Assembly (NCBI GenBank): GCA_964106645.2
Contig: OZ067039.1
From: Podarcis pityusensis
Lineage: Eukaryota
Direction: 5' to 3' (one strand)
Length of the DNA: 64,000 bases
The position numbers and the translations under genes were made by a program. The notes beneath the pieces are model-generated. The model was not told where the DNA came from, did not search any database, and was given only the letters and a program-made list of their open reading frames with translations. Position 1 is the stretch's first letter, and every line of letters starts with the position of its first letter. Positions 48,101-57,752 of this stretch are shown here, piece by piece.

Positions 48101-49688
48101 GGTAGAAAGAAATGCAATGCAAAGGGTACAGACTGCAGCAATTACAGTAATGCTTAAAATTGTCACAGTAACAATTCATAAAGCATTGTTGATTATCATA
48201 AAAGTGTCCTGACATTCGTAAGCTACTTCAACACATGTAATAGGACAAAACCCTGTTACCTTGATTTGGCTCACAGGTGACACAACTGAACTTAACAATG
48301 CAGTAGTTTCCACATTGTAGACTTTATTACACATGTGGCCCAAAAGCATGAACGTTTGTCAGACCCCTGAATCTTCTACTCAAAACACTGAATCAAATTA
48401 ATGGACAGATAGCAGCTTCCACAAGGGTTCTCTCAAGAATAAGTAAATCAGCACAAATAAATGCTTTGCCTTATTTCAGGATTGGGATGAAATGGTCCAG
48501 TTTGGAACTGGGCCCCAGTTGAGTAGCATATATTTCTAATAATCCAGGCTCTGGTTCTCTCATATATTTAACCTCACCAATTAGACTGGTCTGAACTATA
48601 GATTGAGCAAGTGTTGCCTTCTTTCTTTTTTAAACATTCCAAGTAGTTTTAAGTTTGTTCCTCTGATGAACTACAAACCTCTATGTCTTGTTCTACACAT
48701 TTTTAAGCAGGATGAACTAGATTATCAACCTCACTCTCATTATGTTACTCCTTGGGGAGTTTGGCAAGATGGGAATTAATTAGATACCCTTCATTGTTCA
48801 GAATTTGGTGCTGGGCACAGCAGGTGGTGGGGAAAGATTCTTCCGAAGGAAGGACAGAGAAAGAGAATCTCAAGGAACAGCAGCCAACAGTTGGAAGCCC
48901 TAATCATTCCAGTTTTGGACACGAAAGAAAAAGCTAGTTTAAGGGAGCGGGTGGAGGGAACGGAGAAAATCCACAGCGCCAGGGGGCAAAGAGCGCAAAT
49001 GCAGAGTCACTGTGTGTCGAGTGGAGCCTACAAAAATAGCCGAGGCTTTAAGGCAGACTTGCCGCACCGGGAGGTTTTTAAGAGGATTTGGGAGTTGAGG
49101 AGCGGAGTTGGGAGGTAGCCGGGAGGCCTCAAGACTTTCCTGGAAGGAACTCCAGGGGCTGAGTAACCGGTGCTGCTAAGTTCAGGCCTCCGCCGCGGAC
49201 TTTAACCTACGTTCCTCCCGCCCGTGCTCACCAAACCAGGTGGTTATTACCGGTGTCCATGCACACGATACATTCATACACACACCCCCACACGCATCCT
49301 CTGTCGGTGCATAATGCTTATGGGTGGAACAGCGGGTGTAAAGCACGTCCGTGAGAATGCAGAAACGTGAGCGGCAATCCCGGGTTAAACTAACCCGGAA
49401 TAATAAAAAAAAACAGGGGCGCGTGTGGCCTTGTAGGCCATTCTTCCCCTTCCCCAAGTAAGGGTTATCCCAGGTGGCTGGGCGAGGAAGCCGGGCGGGA
49501 AGGCACCTGTTGAAGACATTGGGGGGGGGGCGGCAGTGGCAGCGGGGGTAACTCGGGGAGGGCGCCCTATGGAGGTGGTGGCGGGAATCAGCCGAGCGGC
49601 GGCGGCGGGCGACCCCCCGCGCTCCAGCTCCCGGGCTTACCCAAGTGAGAAGCGCCCCGCAGCGCCCGGCCGGGCCCGTCTCGCTCAT
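17376..49688 (-). CDS. HOOK2: Protein Hook homolog 2 (dynein-dynactin cargo adaptor), 22 coding exons plus optional 6-nt microexon, 723/725 aa
   Basis: Minus-strand exons with canonical splice sites: 49641-49688, 45317-45402, 44818-44890, 32890-32940, 31740-31872, 31121-31188, 30725-30787, 30391-30471, 28255-28412, 27996-28136, 26543-26744, 26081-26191, 25419-25506, 23894-23963, 23145-23282, 21750-21837, (20985-20990), 19704-19738, 19374-19456, 19074-19177, 18778-18885, 17945-18016, 17376-17546. Sum is 2172 nt (2178 with the microexon), in frame. Hook domain LLTWLQTFHVPSPC...NWRLKVSNLKKVL, long coiled coil, C-terminal EEKLIITAWYNMG...QSFLAQQRLATN. Confidence 0.95.
18080..18110. repeat. (TG)n microsatellite
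   Basis: Direct reading of the sequence. Confidence 0.9.
20985..20990 (-). CDS. HOOK2: HOOK2 6-nt microexon (GCC ATT = Ala-Ile)
   Basis: Minus strand reads ctctctttctcccttctgacttgctggctatcctgcccag|GCCATT|gtaagtac. It is phase 0 between the exons ending ...KAED and starting SSLLQKKL, giving EDAISSLL. This matches the EDAISILL stretch I recall from human HOOK2. Confidence 0.8.
22147..22909 (+). mobile_element. Solo LTR (763 bp), Gypsy/Ty3-like, antisense in HOOK2 intron 15
   Basis: TGTCAG...CTGACA inverted termini, perfect 5-bp TSD CCATG (22142-22146 and 22910-22914), AATAAA at 22836-22841, CpG-rich against AT-rich flanks. Superfamily is inferred from the 5-bp TSD and termini. Confidence 0.8.
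24609..24750 (-). mobile_element. SINE with tRNA-Lys(CUU)-derived head and CR1-like tail
   Basis: Minus strand tagctcagtcggtagagcacgagactcttaatctcagggtcatgagtttgagccctacgttgggc is tRNA-Lys-like. It is followed by the CR1-type tail ttgaactggatgacccttgtggtcccttccaactctgcagttctatga. Confidence 0.75.
33328..34440 (+). repeat. ERV 5' LTR (1113 bp)
   Basis: TGATACGG...CGTAACA, a direct repeat of 43630-44742 at constant offset 10302. CCAAT box ~33614, TATA-like catataaaa ~33859-33867, AATAAA 34314-34319. Confidence 0.96.
34443..34460 (+). other. Primer binding site complementary to tRNA-Lys1,2 (CUU)
   Basis: TGGCGCCCAACGTGGGGC starts 2 nt after the 5' LTR. It is the canonical Lys1,2 PBS, and complementarity continues through TCGA (to 34464). 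Confidence 0.93.
35427..37268 (+). CDS. gag: ERV Gag polyprotein (613 aa)
   Basis: Myristoylation-type start MGTQASK, PPPY late domain, major-homology-like QGANEHPSDYYTRL, single CCHC knuckle CYYCQEEGHIKRFC. Ends in TGA. Confidence 0.95.
   Translation: MGTQASKHERARSGKKASRKPSESQRDPDSPLEFVISYWKSIPGHKLLSRQKLEDLCREIWPEGTASAKPELRWPPGGSFNEDRLQHLRKYLMEEKPRQLEYLAAFETVRKMLQAPKGATTYQLPILNQGRQPLPPPYEGHSADDSTERALIPFYYREIPPSASSGESESEEEKGARGGTSQRITRQQARVKKNTPQENSSPLEKPREAPGTSKPSDPAVVQMPLRALPIPPLEPDGPPRMVYTHQPFYTADLVTWSNQMPSLRDDPDKCHRQVSAIFSTHNPTWPDVHVLLNALFNDAEKTDILTKAGEAIELPNYQAGRPERLEALTAQCLRIEPSWDYNTTNGIWCLNMFKKAILDGIKAAGQRTVNWTKVQTVLQGANEHPSDYYTRLVSAIKTWGGIDPENPQHEVIVKGFFKDQACPDIRKALNLQIGYDGKSISEILSIAKSVYNSRDERKKKDPKPEVDQILALSMEPNFHRGRGFSRGKGARGGGPLNPHRPWGPAAGGCYYCQEEGHIKRFCPYLNNNMSYGMHSNTTHGYGNQPPPTNTPRTTSAPYNPQVPANASGQTHGPMPGPRTQMPTMNPPTHPWTNATAPPLHPPNQPPPDDQEAY
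37269..41183 (+). CDS. pol: ERV Pro-Pol (protease, RT, RNase H, integrase), in frame with gag behind a single TGA
   Basis: The frame is open from the codon after the gag stop (QLEGDP...LLDTGATYS protease site) into the 1243-aa ORF. RT has LPQG and YVDD; RNase H has YTDGS/AELIA/YTDS/GNRRAD; integrase has HQQTH..CVTC, DD35E (LDF, DSDRG, VERMN) and the WEGPY motif. Confidence 0.96.
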   Translation, partial: QLEGDPDQPQTICPVLTLSAEDPFCTIDIDGHPYQCLLDTGATYSTLTDSHLEPGSETRKVMGLDGIPRTCPLSRPTKVTLGPLLAEHTFLLTTSPVNLLGRDLLCKLNATIKCSKEGIYLYMPEDSIPAFQGIIEEAKTGRQFPELPPELETDLPPSLWGTESTSVGLLLSAVPVKITYRADLPFPCTKQYPLPKEAIEGLTPMIEDFLEKGILIPCASPCNTPVLPVKKPSAEGAPVRYRFVQDLRLVNQFVIPRHPVVGNPNSLLNAIPADTKWYTAADLCSAFFSIPLDPASQFLFAFTWGPSQLTWTRLPQGYVESPAIFSAILHQDLQDIHLPAGSALLLYVDDLLLCSTSEEACKKDTKYLLAELARKGHKVSPKKLQYCKQEVKYLGHILGIGTRSLATDRIEAVTRIPLPKTKRQLRGFLGMAGFCRAWIAGYSEITKPLTAMTRQDHPDTLVWEEEAYKAFERVKRELRSAPALGLPDYRIPFNLFIHEQMGVASGVLTQPFRDTERPVAYYSLQLDNTAKGAVGCLRAIAAAAILLEKAQETVLGHEITIHVPHSVSTLLTLKGCHHFSNSRLNRYEALLLTPSNVTIKRVNSLNPATLLPLPEDGTPHHDCATIVRQAEKPREDLDHLPLENPDIILYTDGSSKVIDGERKTGYAVASDFEVLESNPINPQYSAQAAELIALIRACEISEGKRATIYTDSKYCFGLVHTTGQIWLQRGFLTAAGSQISHAALVERLLTAIHLPTAIAVVHCKAHTKGRDPVSKGNRRADKAAQTAALRPPQDESEFQALQLPLNIDPSQMYHMASDEEKTMWESLGAVNQAGVWTLPDGRTVLPKSWTPKLVRVLHQQTHWGKDRLIEHVKRSWFAPGLAAAATAASKNCVTCNAFNPKREPKRPPGARPWAFVPFESLQLDFIDLPQCQGYRHALIIIDQFSSWVEGFPCRKATASVVARALLQDIIPRYGVPRRLDSDRGTHFTAEIVQLIARALQIKWDLHTPYHPQSSGQVERMNQEIKIQLGKLCRVTGLKWVNALPLVLHNVRSAPTGPLKLSPFELLFGRPPPVYNTLYPLSELEVGETELTNYVIQLQTQLKRLHHYAAVEGQNLPIDVQAHSFHPADWVLVKVYPKLPLQPAWEGPYQVLLTSPTAVKVGEKAAWIHHTRCKSSPPPQDTHDNLGEDYTFEPPPCPPTSYIDDVEEETTADRGRDRAQQTGPADRGRDRAQQTGPADRGQDRAQQTGPADRGQSRAQQTGPADRGQSRAQQTGLDASTSNWTSEIIPDTNNIKLRFKRSDSSI
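40899..41093 (+). repeat. Coding tandem repeat, 5 x 39 bp (ADRG[RQ][DS]RAQQTGP) in the integrase C-terminal tail
   Basis: Unit gcagatcggggccgagatcgggctcaacagaccggacca occurs five times with graded substitutions. Confidence 0.93.
41164..41480 (+). repeat. Pol-env intergenic hierarchical tandem array: 12-16-bp TGACAGCT-core monomers in a 54-bp higher-order unit
   Basis: 22 exact TGACAG copies between 41168 and 41455. The higher-order unit is tgacagctccatc-tgacagctccatt-tgacagctccat-tgacagcttctcgctc (13+13+12+16 = 54 bp). Confidence 0.93.
41533..43554 (+). CDS. env: ERV envelope glycoprotein (gamma-type Env, 673 aa)
   Basis: Signal peptide MAFAHIAFLLAALPW, CWIC isomerase motif (aa 275-278), furin site RNKR (aa 453-456), ISD-like LQTRIATDFLLSSQGGTC, CX6CC (CALIGTECC), TM helix LLKVVLLLILTAIFCVSIL and a cytoplasmic tail. 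Confidence 0.95.
   Translation: MAFAHIAFLLAALPWIPSTSSDHCTGLHTDYHFLDYHEVETGKSNPDRMGDFDFCLPESRTLLRHSLVPQLADNEYWELFIRNKDLRRIGSAALTLDHSSYRLICRNGTYLLYEKGEVLRTPNWTEVELGGTTHAYTDSNHPSGNLIFGFQCLRSTPKTPKPQLQGLCLRRFCCLWDLGVAHEWKGAEYLEGWHHPIHPSRSPSWDHVGPLRCGGIARDRRLLNTTDPLHPVGTAPRHFGTDSALPGEDLLSSWEQNSYIKLLSQVAKEAPYPDCWICAHAPSHLQQSLPLVPVPVTLEQFRSGNVTSWNLTALNLTHQYLYLTGPTKGPLCRSFSGEGTFIGSSTCTNTLEILPTGLVTISNTRDSQTFPNLTTAWATAIGHPLDWKPQPTDTMLLQTFASGRMESYLSGLFWVCGHRAYTWVSPHMSGSCFIGYIVPGIRIIPHLPPGRQRNKREQKGLSDLSDVAANGETVGRALFPAYGAGSNHVDILRLTDILLKFMQEATQITDSLMSELSEVRQLSLQTRIATDFLLSSQGGTCALIGTECCTYVTDQTLNITGHLNNIHELAGRLHNIQHEGLSDLDLWGWLPKLGWLRQLLKVVLLLILTAIFCVSILCCTVHCINPCCSLLRHSTSSNSFSLRAYSRSQHTPTFPDYVQMRHLGEGEYEITEI
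43630..44742 (+). repeat. ERV 3' LTR (1113 bp)
   Basis: Same length as the 5' LTR with no difference found by eye. Preceded by the purine tract gaatgggggac and followed by TSD ATTT. Confidence 0.96.
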
Positions 49689-49960
49689 GGCTCCGGCGCT
49701 GCAAGCCGCGGTACCCCGACCGCCACGCCCCCTGCTGGCCTAGAGCGGCCCCTTGCGCAGCCCGCGCGTGACGTCAGCCGCCCGCGCCCCGCCGTTGGCG
49801 GCTGGGGCGGAACCGGAGAGGCTCAGCCCCGCCCGCGAGGCACCGAGACGCTCTAGGACGAGCGAGGGGGCGTCAGGCGAGCGCTTATGACTGTATATGG
49901 CGAAGGGGATCGCTCGTGGGTGGGGTCGGTGCTTCACTCCGGGGGCGCGGGGGGGGGGGG
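49480..49960 (-). promoter_or_regulatory. HOOK2 CpG-island promoter with CRE, GC boxes and CTCF-like site
   Basis: Very GC/CpG-rich around exon 1. Perfect CRE TGACGTCA at 49769-49776, GGGGCGG/CCGCCC boxes at ~49780-49835, and GGCCAGCAGGGGGCGT (CTCF consensus-like, minus strand) at ~49725-49740. Confidence 0.75.
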
Positions 49961-50811
49961 ACAGAAGCCGAGGCGGTTCAGGGCCACCTGGGAGGCATGC
50001 CAGCTGCCTTGCTTTTTAAGCGTGTGGGCCGCTCGGTGGAAATGAACTCTGCACATGCTCATGGTCACGTTTCTCTATGACTTGTCCTACACGTGTTGAA
50101 AAGATATTCCAGGAATTCTCTGTTTTCCGGGCGGCCGTTCCAGCTCCACACCGAGACGCAGCATACATGCCGAAGACTCTGTAGTAGTGTGTGTGACAAC
50201 AAACAGCCGACTTTCTTAACAGGGGAAGAAGATTTATTAAACTGGATTGATGCGAAATGAAAGGGGGCGCTATGAGGGAACAGATGTTTCAGCACCCGGC
50301 GCTGCAGGACCACGAGCCCCCGCCGGGGGACAGCAGTGTGCCTTCATTTGAGGCTGCTACCGTAGAGGAAACGACATGGGCGATGCCAGCTATGCAAAGC
50401 TTGTGTATGTTTGTGTGTGTGTGTCTGTGATTCGAAGGAATAACTTTCATGCCTACTGCTGCCAAGGAGTTTCATTTTATATGGGCAAGAAGAAGGCGGA
50501 AGAACATTGCCTGTTTCATATCCCAGCTGCTGAGGCTGAATCGAGAGTGTTGCAGTCTAAGGAAAAGGACTCAAATCCTATCTTACTCTTTATTCACTCT
50601 CCTTGCCCTGATGGGCCACACAATGCTGCTAGGTAGCATTTATTTACCTGTGGTTCCAAAAGCCACACTCTTTCTGCTGTATAGTTTTGTTTTTAAAGAT
50701 TCCCTCTTTGACATCCAAACTTATTTGCTGATCTACTCAGTCACAACCCACAACCGTGGTGTACAGAGAGCACAGGGCTACTGTTTTACTGGAGAGTAAG
50801 TCCCATTGAAA

Positions 50812-51143
50812 GGGACGCGGGTGGTGCTGTGGGTTAAACCACAGAGCCTAGGACTTGCCGATCAGAAGGTTGGCGATTCGGATCCCCGCGACAGGGTGAA
50901 CTCCCGTTGCTCGGTCCCAGCTCCTGCCAACCTAGCAGTTCGAAAGCATGTCAAAGTGCAAGTAGATAAATAGGTACCGCTCCAGCAGGAAGGTAAATGG
51001 CGTTTCCATGCGCTGCTCTGGTTCGCCAGAAGCGGCTTAGTCATGCTGCCACATGTACGCCGGCTCCCTCAGCCAATAAAGCGAGATGAGAGTTGGTCAT
51101 GACTGGACCTAATGGTCAGGGGCCCCTTTACCTTTACCTTTAC
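50812..51143 (+). mobile_element. Sauria SINE, near full length
   Basis: GGGACGCGGGTGGTGCTGTGG head and (TTTACC)n tail. 14-bp TSD taagtcccattgaa at 50797-50810 and 51144-51157. Homologous to 1447-1809. Confidence 0.88.
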
Positions 51144-52339
51144 TAAGTCCCATTGAACTGGGTTGGACTAATTCCTGCATAGGAGTAGCCAGCACAGCCC
51201 ATCAAACACTACAAAGTACCTTACAACAAAAACTAACCAAATGGGTCAGGGTCAGGGGACTCTTATCAGCCTGGGGGCCACATTCTCTCATGGACAAATT
51301 TCTTGGGGCCACTTGCATTGCTGAGAGGGGCCAGAGGCGAGTAGGTAGGGTTATGGGTGTGATTCTTTGCCTTTGTACAGTAAGCCACGTTCTAGGCATT
51401 CCAAAGGCAGATATTTATATACACACATCTCTCTCCATCTAGGCAAGCAAGGGCCATTTTTACAGTTCAAGAGCACTTTCCAGCCAGGCAAAAACTTTTG
51501 AAGAGAGTGTGGAGGAGGGGCATGGCTTGGGGACAGTTCAGAAGACGGATAAAGGGCCACATTTGACCTCCAGGCCTAAGGTTCTCCCACCTGACCCAGA
51601 CAGACTTGCCAGCTATCGGGAAATCCTCACATTTTAGGTAAGTCCTGGGTTTGGAGCTTGTTTTGTGTTTTAAGTTCTTATTTGAGGGGAACCATATTGG
51701 GTGCGTGAAACATTTATTTGTTACATGTGCATATCACCTTTCCAAGGCGCATAGCACTGTGTTTTTATCCTAAAGCAGCTCTGTGAGGTAGGATAGGCTG
51801 AAAGATTGCCGTTCTCTTATGGCCACCCAGTTTGCTTCATCATTAAGTAGCAACAAGACTTTTTGCTTCTCACACCCCAGCCCAACACTCCTGCCTATTG
51901 TGCCACACTAGCTGCCGAGGAGCATTTGGCAAATGTATGCCTCCTCAACAGGAGCCTTGTGTTTTATTCTCTCACATCCCCCGCCTCATGCAACCGCGGA
52001 GATGAAAAACAAACTCCATGTGGGAAAGTTCCCAGCCGGGTTATTTTGGCTGCCTTGGGTGGAAACGTGTTATCGGCCTATGTGACTCAGGAGCAACTCA
52101 GACACCGTCTGCTCCCAGCTTCCCTTCCTGGGATAGCCTGGTATTAACCCATCCAGGGCTAGCAGGAGGTCAGTTCTGCTTCAACAAGCTTGCCCTGAGG
52201 CTGTAAGGAAGGAACATGGGCTGTTTTTGTCCATGTCGTGCTTCAGCTGGTTTGGGGTGGCTTTCAGGCTTGAGCCTCACCACTGCTCTCTGGGAGTTGA
52301 TGTAGTAGACTGGCAAGGAGGAGTGTGAACCGTGACCCA

Positions 52340-52566
52340 GAGCCTGTGTGGTGGTTACTGTGTTGGACTAAGACCTAGTAGACCGAGGTTCTTCAAATCC
52401 CCACTCAGCCATGAAGCTCACTGGGTGAGCTTGGATCAATCATGGATCCTCAGCTTAACCTACCTCACAGGGTTGTTGTGAGGATAAAATGGAGTGGGAG
52501 AACCATGTACTTACTCCACGTTGAGCTCCTCAGAGGAAAAAAATGCGGGATTGAAATGTAATAAAT
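52340..52566 (+). mobile_element. tRNA-derived squamate SINE (Squam3-like)
   Basis: Degenerate A/B-box head, core cctacctcacagggttgttgtgaggataaaa and an aataaa-rich tail. Inverted copies at ~55350-55575, ~51710-51900 and ~32260-32430. Confidence 0.55.
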
Positions 52567-54779
52567 TAATTAATCCCCAGTTCAAATCCTTCCTCAGTCA
52601 CAAACCAGGGCCTCAGCGGATTCTCGATCCCATTCCTCAACCCCATTCTTTGTGTTTCTTTACAGCATTCAACCCCAACAGGATTGCCACCAGCTTTTTT
52701 TTTTTTTTAATTCTCAGTCTAATTTGTTTTTATATGACATTTAGTTGTTTTTTTAATTCTAAGTTTAATTTGTTTTTATATGGCATTTTTAATATGGCAT
52801 TTATCTTTGGCCCTTTCCCCACCCCCCTGTAGAACTGGCATTTCTCTGTCTTCCTCCCTCCCTTTCCTAACCGCACTGTAATACTCCTTACTGTTCAGGC
52901 AAGTCTTGGCATCCTTCAGGGCTTTATGTTGACAAGGAAATCTGCCCAAATCCACAAATGGAGTGTCTAGAGTGGGACTTTCTGGCAGGGATTTCCTTGT
53001 ACGCAAGGGAGATGAAACTTGCACAGCATGCCTTATTCAGCCTTGCAAATTCTAGTCAACTAAAATTATTAATCCGTAACATTATTTTTTTTTAACTTGC
53101 CCACCTGACCAGAGAGTTACTGGATTAGTGATTTGTGGTGTAAAAGAAACAAGTGCTGTAAACATCCCTTGCTAGTTGCCTGGAAGCGTTTTTTACCGCA
53201 AGCAACCAGGTGAATGAGTATTTACAAGCGAGCACAGAATCGTATTATTACTGCCCCTCTTCAGACATTCTCACACACCTTCTGTGCATGTTCACTTGCG
53301 CACACACTTTTGCTCTCATCTTTCTTCAGACACCATGTAAACAAACATGCTTTGTGACAGCTCTGAGGATGCTCATGTTTTATAGCATGTTATAGACAGT
53401 ACATACACAGATGCACTTTCCCACATACTACCCAAAGACAAGACCTTCCACATTCTGCATCAGTTGCTCGCAATGCACCACCACTCTCTGCACATTTGCA
53501 GAACATAAAAGCAACGCTGTTTTCAGCCAAACGTGCACTGTGCGCTAAACATACGCTGTGCCATTCTTTACACCAAGTGTTCCTCACCCCCCACAAACAC
53601 ACCCACAGGCTGTAGTTAGTATACCCCTACATACTCCCACCTACCCTCTGCAGGCTTTGACAATTCACCCTATCACAAACCCCACACCACGTACATCACC
53701 CTCTCTGTGCACATATACACACACCCTGTCTCTGGCGTGCGGTTCCTTGGCAGCTGTTCTGCTCTAGGCACGTCCTAGTTGGAGAAGCCGCCCACACTTA
53801 AAAACAGATGATTTCACAGAAAAGCAAACAGGGGAGGCACAACAGGGGAGGAAGAATATTTAGGAATGGAGTCAGAGGTCAGGAAAAGGGTCCTTAGCTG
53901 TCATTGTTTAGATACTTTGGCTGCTTTGAAGCAATCTCTCTGGTTGTGGGGAATGGGAAAACAAGAGAAGAGGTTGGATGTCTTAGAATATATTTATATA
54001 GCAATTCATTGCTTAGCACTGGTGTACAATTGCCTCTGAAGTGTGGTGCATTACCCATTCGGACAGAACGGAACAACACCCAGCTCTGGAACAGGAAGTG
54101 ATTAATTCCATGAAGAGCAGCCAGGGAATTTTAGGGAGCAGGAAGAGCAGAAACGGCTGGCTGGGCAATGAGCCAGAATTCTGGGGCTTGTACCCCAGCT
54201 CCAAGCCAATGTGTTTGGGCTTGGGGGTTACATGACTTTTGAGAAGCAGGATACTCCACTCCCTTTGTGCCACAGTAGGATGCTAGGGTGAGGGCTGGTT
54301 CTAAGTGGACATAGGCACCCGCAGCCCAAGATCCCCCCCTAATCCACTCTCTTTTCTGTGCCCACTGCTTGAGCCTCAGAAGTCTGCAGCCAGCCCTGGC
54401 TCCTTACAAAACTGCCTCTCAAGCATCCCTCCCTCTCTCCCAACCAACTCAAGGCGTCATCTATTCCGTCTGGTCTCTGCTTAGCGGTGGTATTCCAGCA
54501 GCTGGCAAAGCTGTAAACAGGCAGGTAGACAAGCCAACACCCCAGTGCTGAAGCCAAGTTGCTCCTACCTGGTCATTAACTCCCAGTTTGCTAATGACCT
54601 TTAATAACTGCTAATTACAGCCTGGGCAAGGGAGGGACACAGCCAGGTGCCAGTGTCCAGATCAGAGAGATCCAGAGCATGTTTAGGGGCAAGGGATGAT
54701 GTAGGGCCAGAGAGGGTGGGAAGGGAAGAAGCAGACCCAAAGGAGAAAGAGAGAGGTGGAGAATGTGTGAGTTGGGGAA

Positions 54780-54940
54780 GGGCTGTACCTCACTGGTAGA
54801 AGGTCCCAGTTTCAATCCCCAGCATCTCCAGGTAGGGCAGGGAGAAGTCCCTCTCTGAAGGCCTGGAAAGCTGCTTGTCAGCATAGTATTGAGCTGGATG
54901 GAGCAATGGTCTAACCTGGTATGAGGCAGCTTCCTATCTT
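54780..54940 (+). mobile_element. tRNA-headed SINE with CR1-like tail (degraded)
   Basis: gctgtacctcactggtaga...ccagtttcaatccccagcatctccag...ggcagcttcctat. An inverted relative spans ~1999-2440 and is split by the MITE. Confidence 0.5.
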
Positions 54941-57752
54941 TTTACGTCCCTTGTTGGACTGACTTTGGAGGCAGCTGTCCCAGGAGGACACAGCTGAATG
55001 AACCTAGCACAGCGAGGCCTCTGCTTTAGTCTCCAGTTGGGATTTCCCAGCTGGCAGTGAGGGGCAGAGAGAGTCAATTTGGGGCTGTCCCCAAGGTCAG
55101 AACAGGGAACTACATAAATGATCCAGCAATAAAGTCACCCACCCCATTTCTGGACCATTCGATGCCCCTGTTTAGGTTGGGATCTGCATAAGGCAGGATC
55201 TTGTAGTCTGAGATTAGCAGGTGTTGGGGGAAGGAGAAGAGGACTGAGGCAATGAGGCATGGACTACTTTCCCTTATTTTGAACAGGGTTGTTATTCTGT
55301 CAATCTGTCATACCTACTTTTGGAGCACATCAAGGATGCACTTTTATCTGTTTATTGCATTTATATCCCACTGCTTCCCCCCCCCCCCGAGGAGCTGAAG
55401 GTGACGTACATGGTTCTCCCTTGCCTCATTTACACCTCACAACAATCCTGTGAGGTAGGTTAGGCTAAGAGGCAGGGGCTGACCCAAAGACCCCCATTGA
55501 GCTTCATGGCTGAGTGGGGATTTGTACCCTGGTCTCCCAAGTCTGAGTCCGACACTGGCTCTAACCACTATACTGCACATGGGTGAGGATGAGATGGAGA
55601 TGTCTTCCCGAATTGCTCCTTCCTTAGAGCCAAGAAATCCATAACTGTTTGGCCGCTGTGAAGTGGGAGAGCATTCACAGTGAAATTAGTTGCAGCCAAG
55701 AGACAGTAAAATATGTCTTTGGGCTGTCCAAAAAACAAGAGTGCTTGGACTGGGATCAAAACTCTTCCACGCATCTCTCTCCGCCTCCTCCTCCTCCTCC
55801 TCCCCCAGCAGATGTTCTCACCAGAGACCCCTCTCCCACCCTTGCCAATGCCCACTTCAGAGCAGCCACGACTCTGACCCCGGCTAGCATACAGAGCCTT
55901 TCCCGGCAGGCAAGTGGCTGAGCCCAGGGCCCTGCTGGGAAGGGAAGTCTGCTCTCTGTGACTCATGCACTGGGCGAGGCAATCCCCCCTCCCTTCGTGA
56001 CCGCAGCCACCACCAGGCTGTAGTCCAGATAGCAGCGGGGAGGAGGGAGGTGAAACACAGCACGCATGCACGCACACACAAGAGAGCTCAACTCAATCCT
56101 TCCCTCCTTCTCTCTGTATACTTGGATGGCTCCCCTAAAATCCCCATGTGTTGCAGGCAGTGTGTTTGCCATAAGAGCTGTACACTGCTTTCTAATGTGC
56201 ACATACAAATGTTTGTTTAGTGCTGTGTGTGCCTGCGTGCATGTATACAGAGCATCTGGCCTTGCATGCATATGTGGTGTGTATGTGTTACAGAAGAGGT
56301 GTGGCATACAAATGTTGTGTTTTATTTTTTAATGCATCCTTTTTCTGTAACATGGCAAGTAGTGTGTGTGTTATGGCTGGGTTGCATATAGTGTGTCTCT
56401 GGGTGTACGCACACACACCTTGGGTTTGTGAATGGCGCTCTGTTACTGCAGCCCTATGTTTTGTGCTTGTGGACTTGGATCCCCAAGTTCTCAGGCTGTG
56501 TACACGTGTATACATTTCTGAAAACTGTGCAACCACTTGGATTTATGAGTTTTGCTGTATGTAGTACCACAAACTTCTGTCCATTTTGCCCTGTACATCA
56601 TTTAGGATAACTATTTCCATGGTTTTGTTAATTGGCTATGCGTTACCTCCAGTGCAGTGTGTCACGTATGTTCTGTGACCGTGTGTCTTTCTGGGAAGTG
56701 TTGTTTTGTGTGGTTGTGCCTCTGTGGCTGTCGGGCTAAGTGCATCTGAGGCTTCGCTACAGGTAAAGGCAGGTGGTGTACCCAGTGACCTTGTTTCCTT
56801 CACCCCTTGCTGTGGCATGCGAAGGGAAGCAGTCGGGACTTGCAGTGGGAGGAGAACAGAGAGAGGAGCCCGGCTAGCACAGTTCCCTGTTCCCATGACA
56901 GCAAGGAGACCGTGAATTGGGACATATCCCCACACCCATTATGGCGCAAGTTTTGCTTATGTCACACACCATTGCCATGGTAGCAGCTGCTTCCTTTATT
57001 GTCTGGCAGATCCCGGGACCTCAACAATGAACTTCCTGTCATGGGAGGGAAGGAGCTTCCCAGCTGGGGGTGGAAAGGGAAGGGGCAAAGGTGACTGCTA
57101 GGACCTGAGGCCTTTCTACCTAGAGGGCTTTGGGTTCAGCCAGCTGCATAAACCACGTACCAAACAAGATCTACTGCCAGCACAAGATCCACTCCCCAAA
57201 TTATAGCCGTTTCCCACCCACAATCACTTTTCTTCTGCCAATAACACAACATGTACATGGCTTATCCTCAGTGTGGTGTTCCTTGTTGTTTTGGATAGCC
57301 CCAAAGCCCAGACCCTTATGTCTTTATAGGTTGCCTCCCTGCAGGGGGCAGGCCTGGTGCCAGTGTGGAGCTTGATATTCGAGAACATACCCCCCCACTC
57401 CCAGCTTCCCTCTCTTAACTGGGCTTGGTCTAGCACAGCTGCTGGGAAAGGGAGCGGAGCTGAGCTGACGCAGGGATAGTGTGTGGGGAGCAGCTCCCAG
57501 GCCTTGGAGTGCAGCCCAGTTTGAGTTAACCCTTCCCTGAGCACCAATGCAGGATGTGCCAATCTGTGGGGGAGGCAGCACTTGCTTCCAGCTCTGTGGG
57601 CAAATGGCAGTGATTCACCACGGGATCCACCCACCCACCGTCCAGGATCCCCAGCTGTGTGCCATCGCAATGGGGAGCAAGGAGTAAGCCACAAAGGGGG
57701 CAAAAGAATGGGGCAAAGGCAAGTAAATAGAAACTAAATGAGAAGCATAGTA

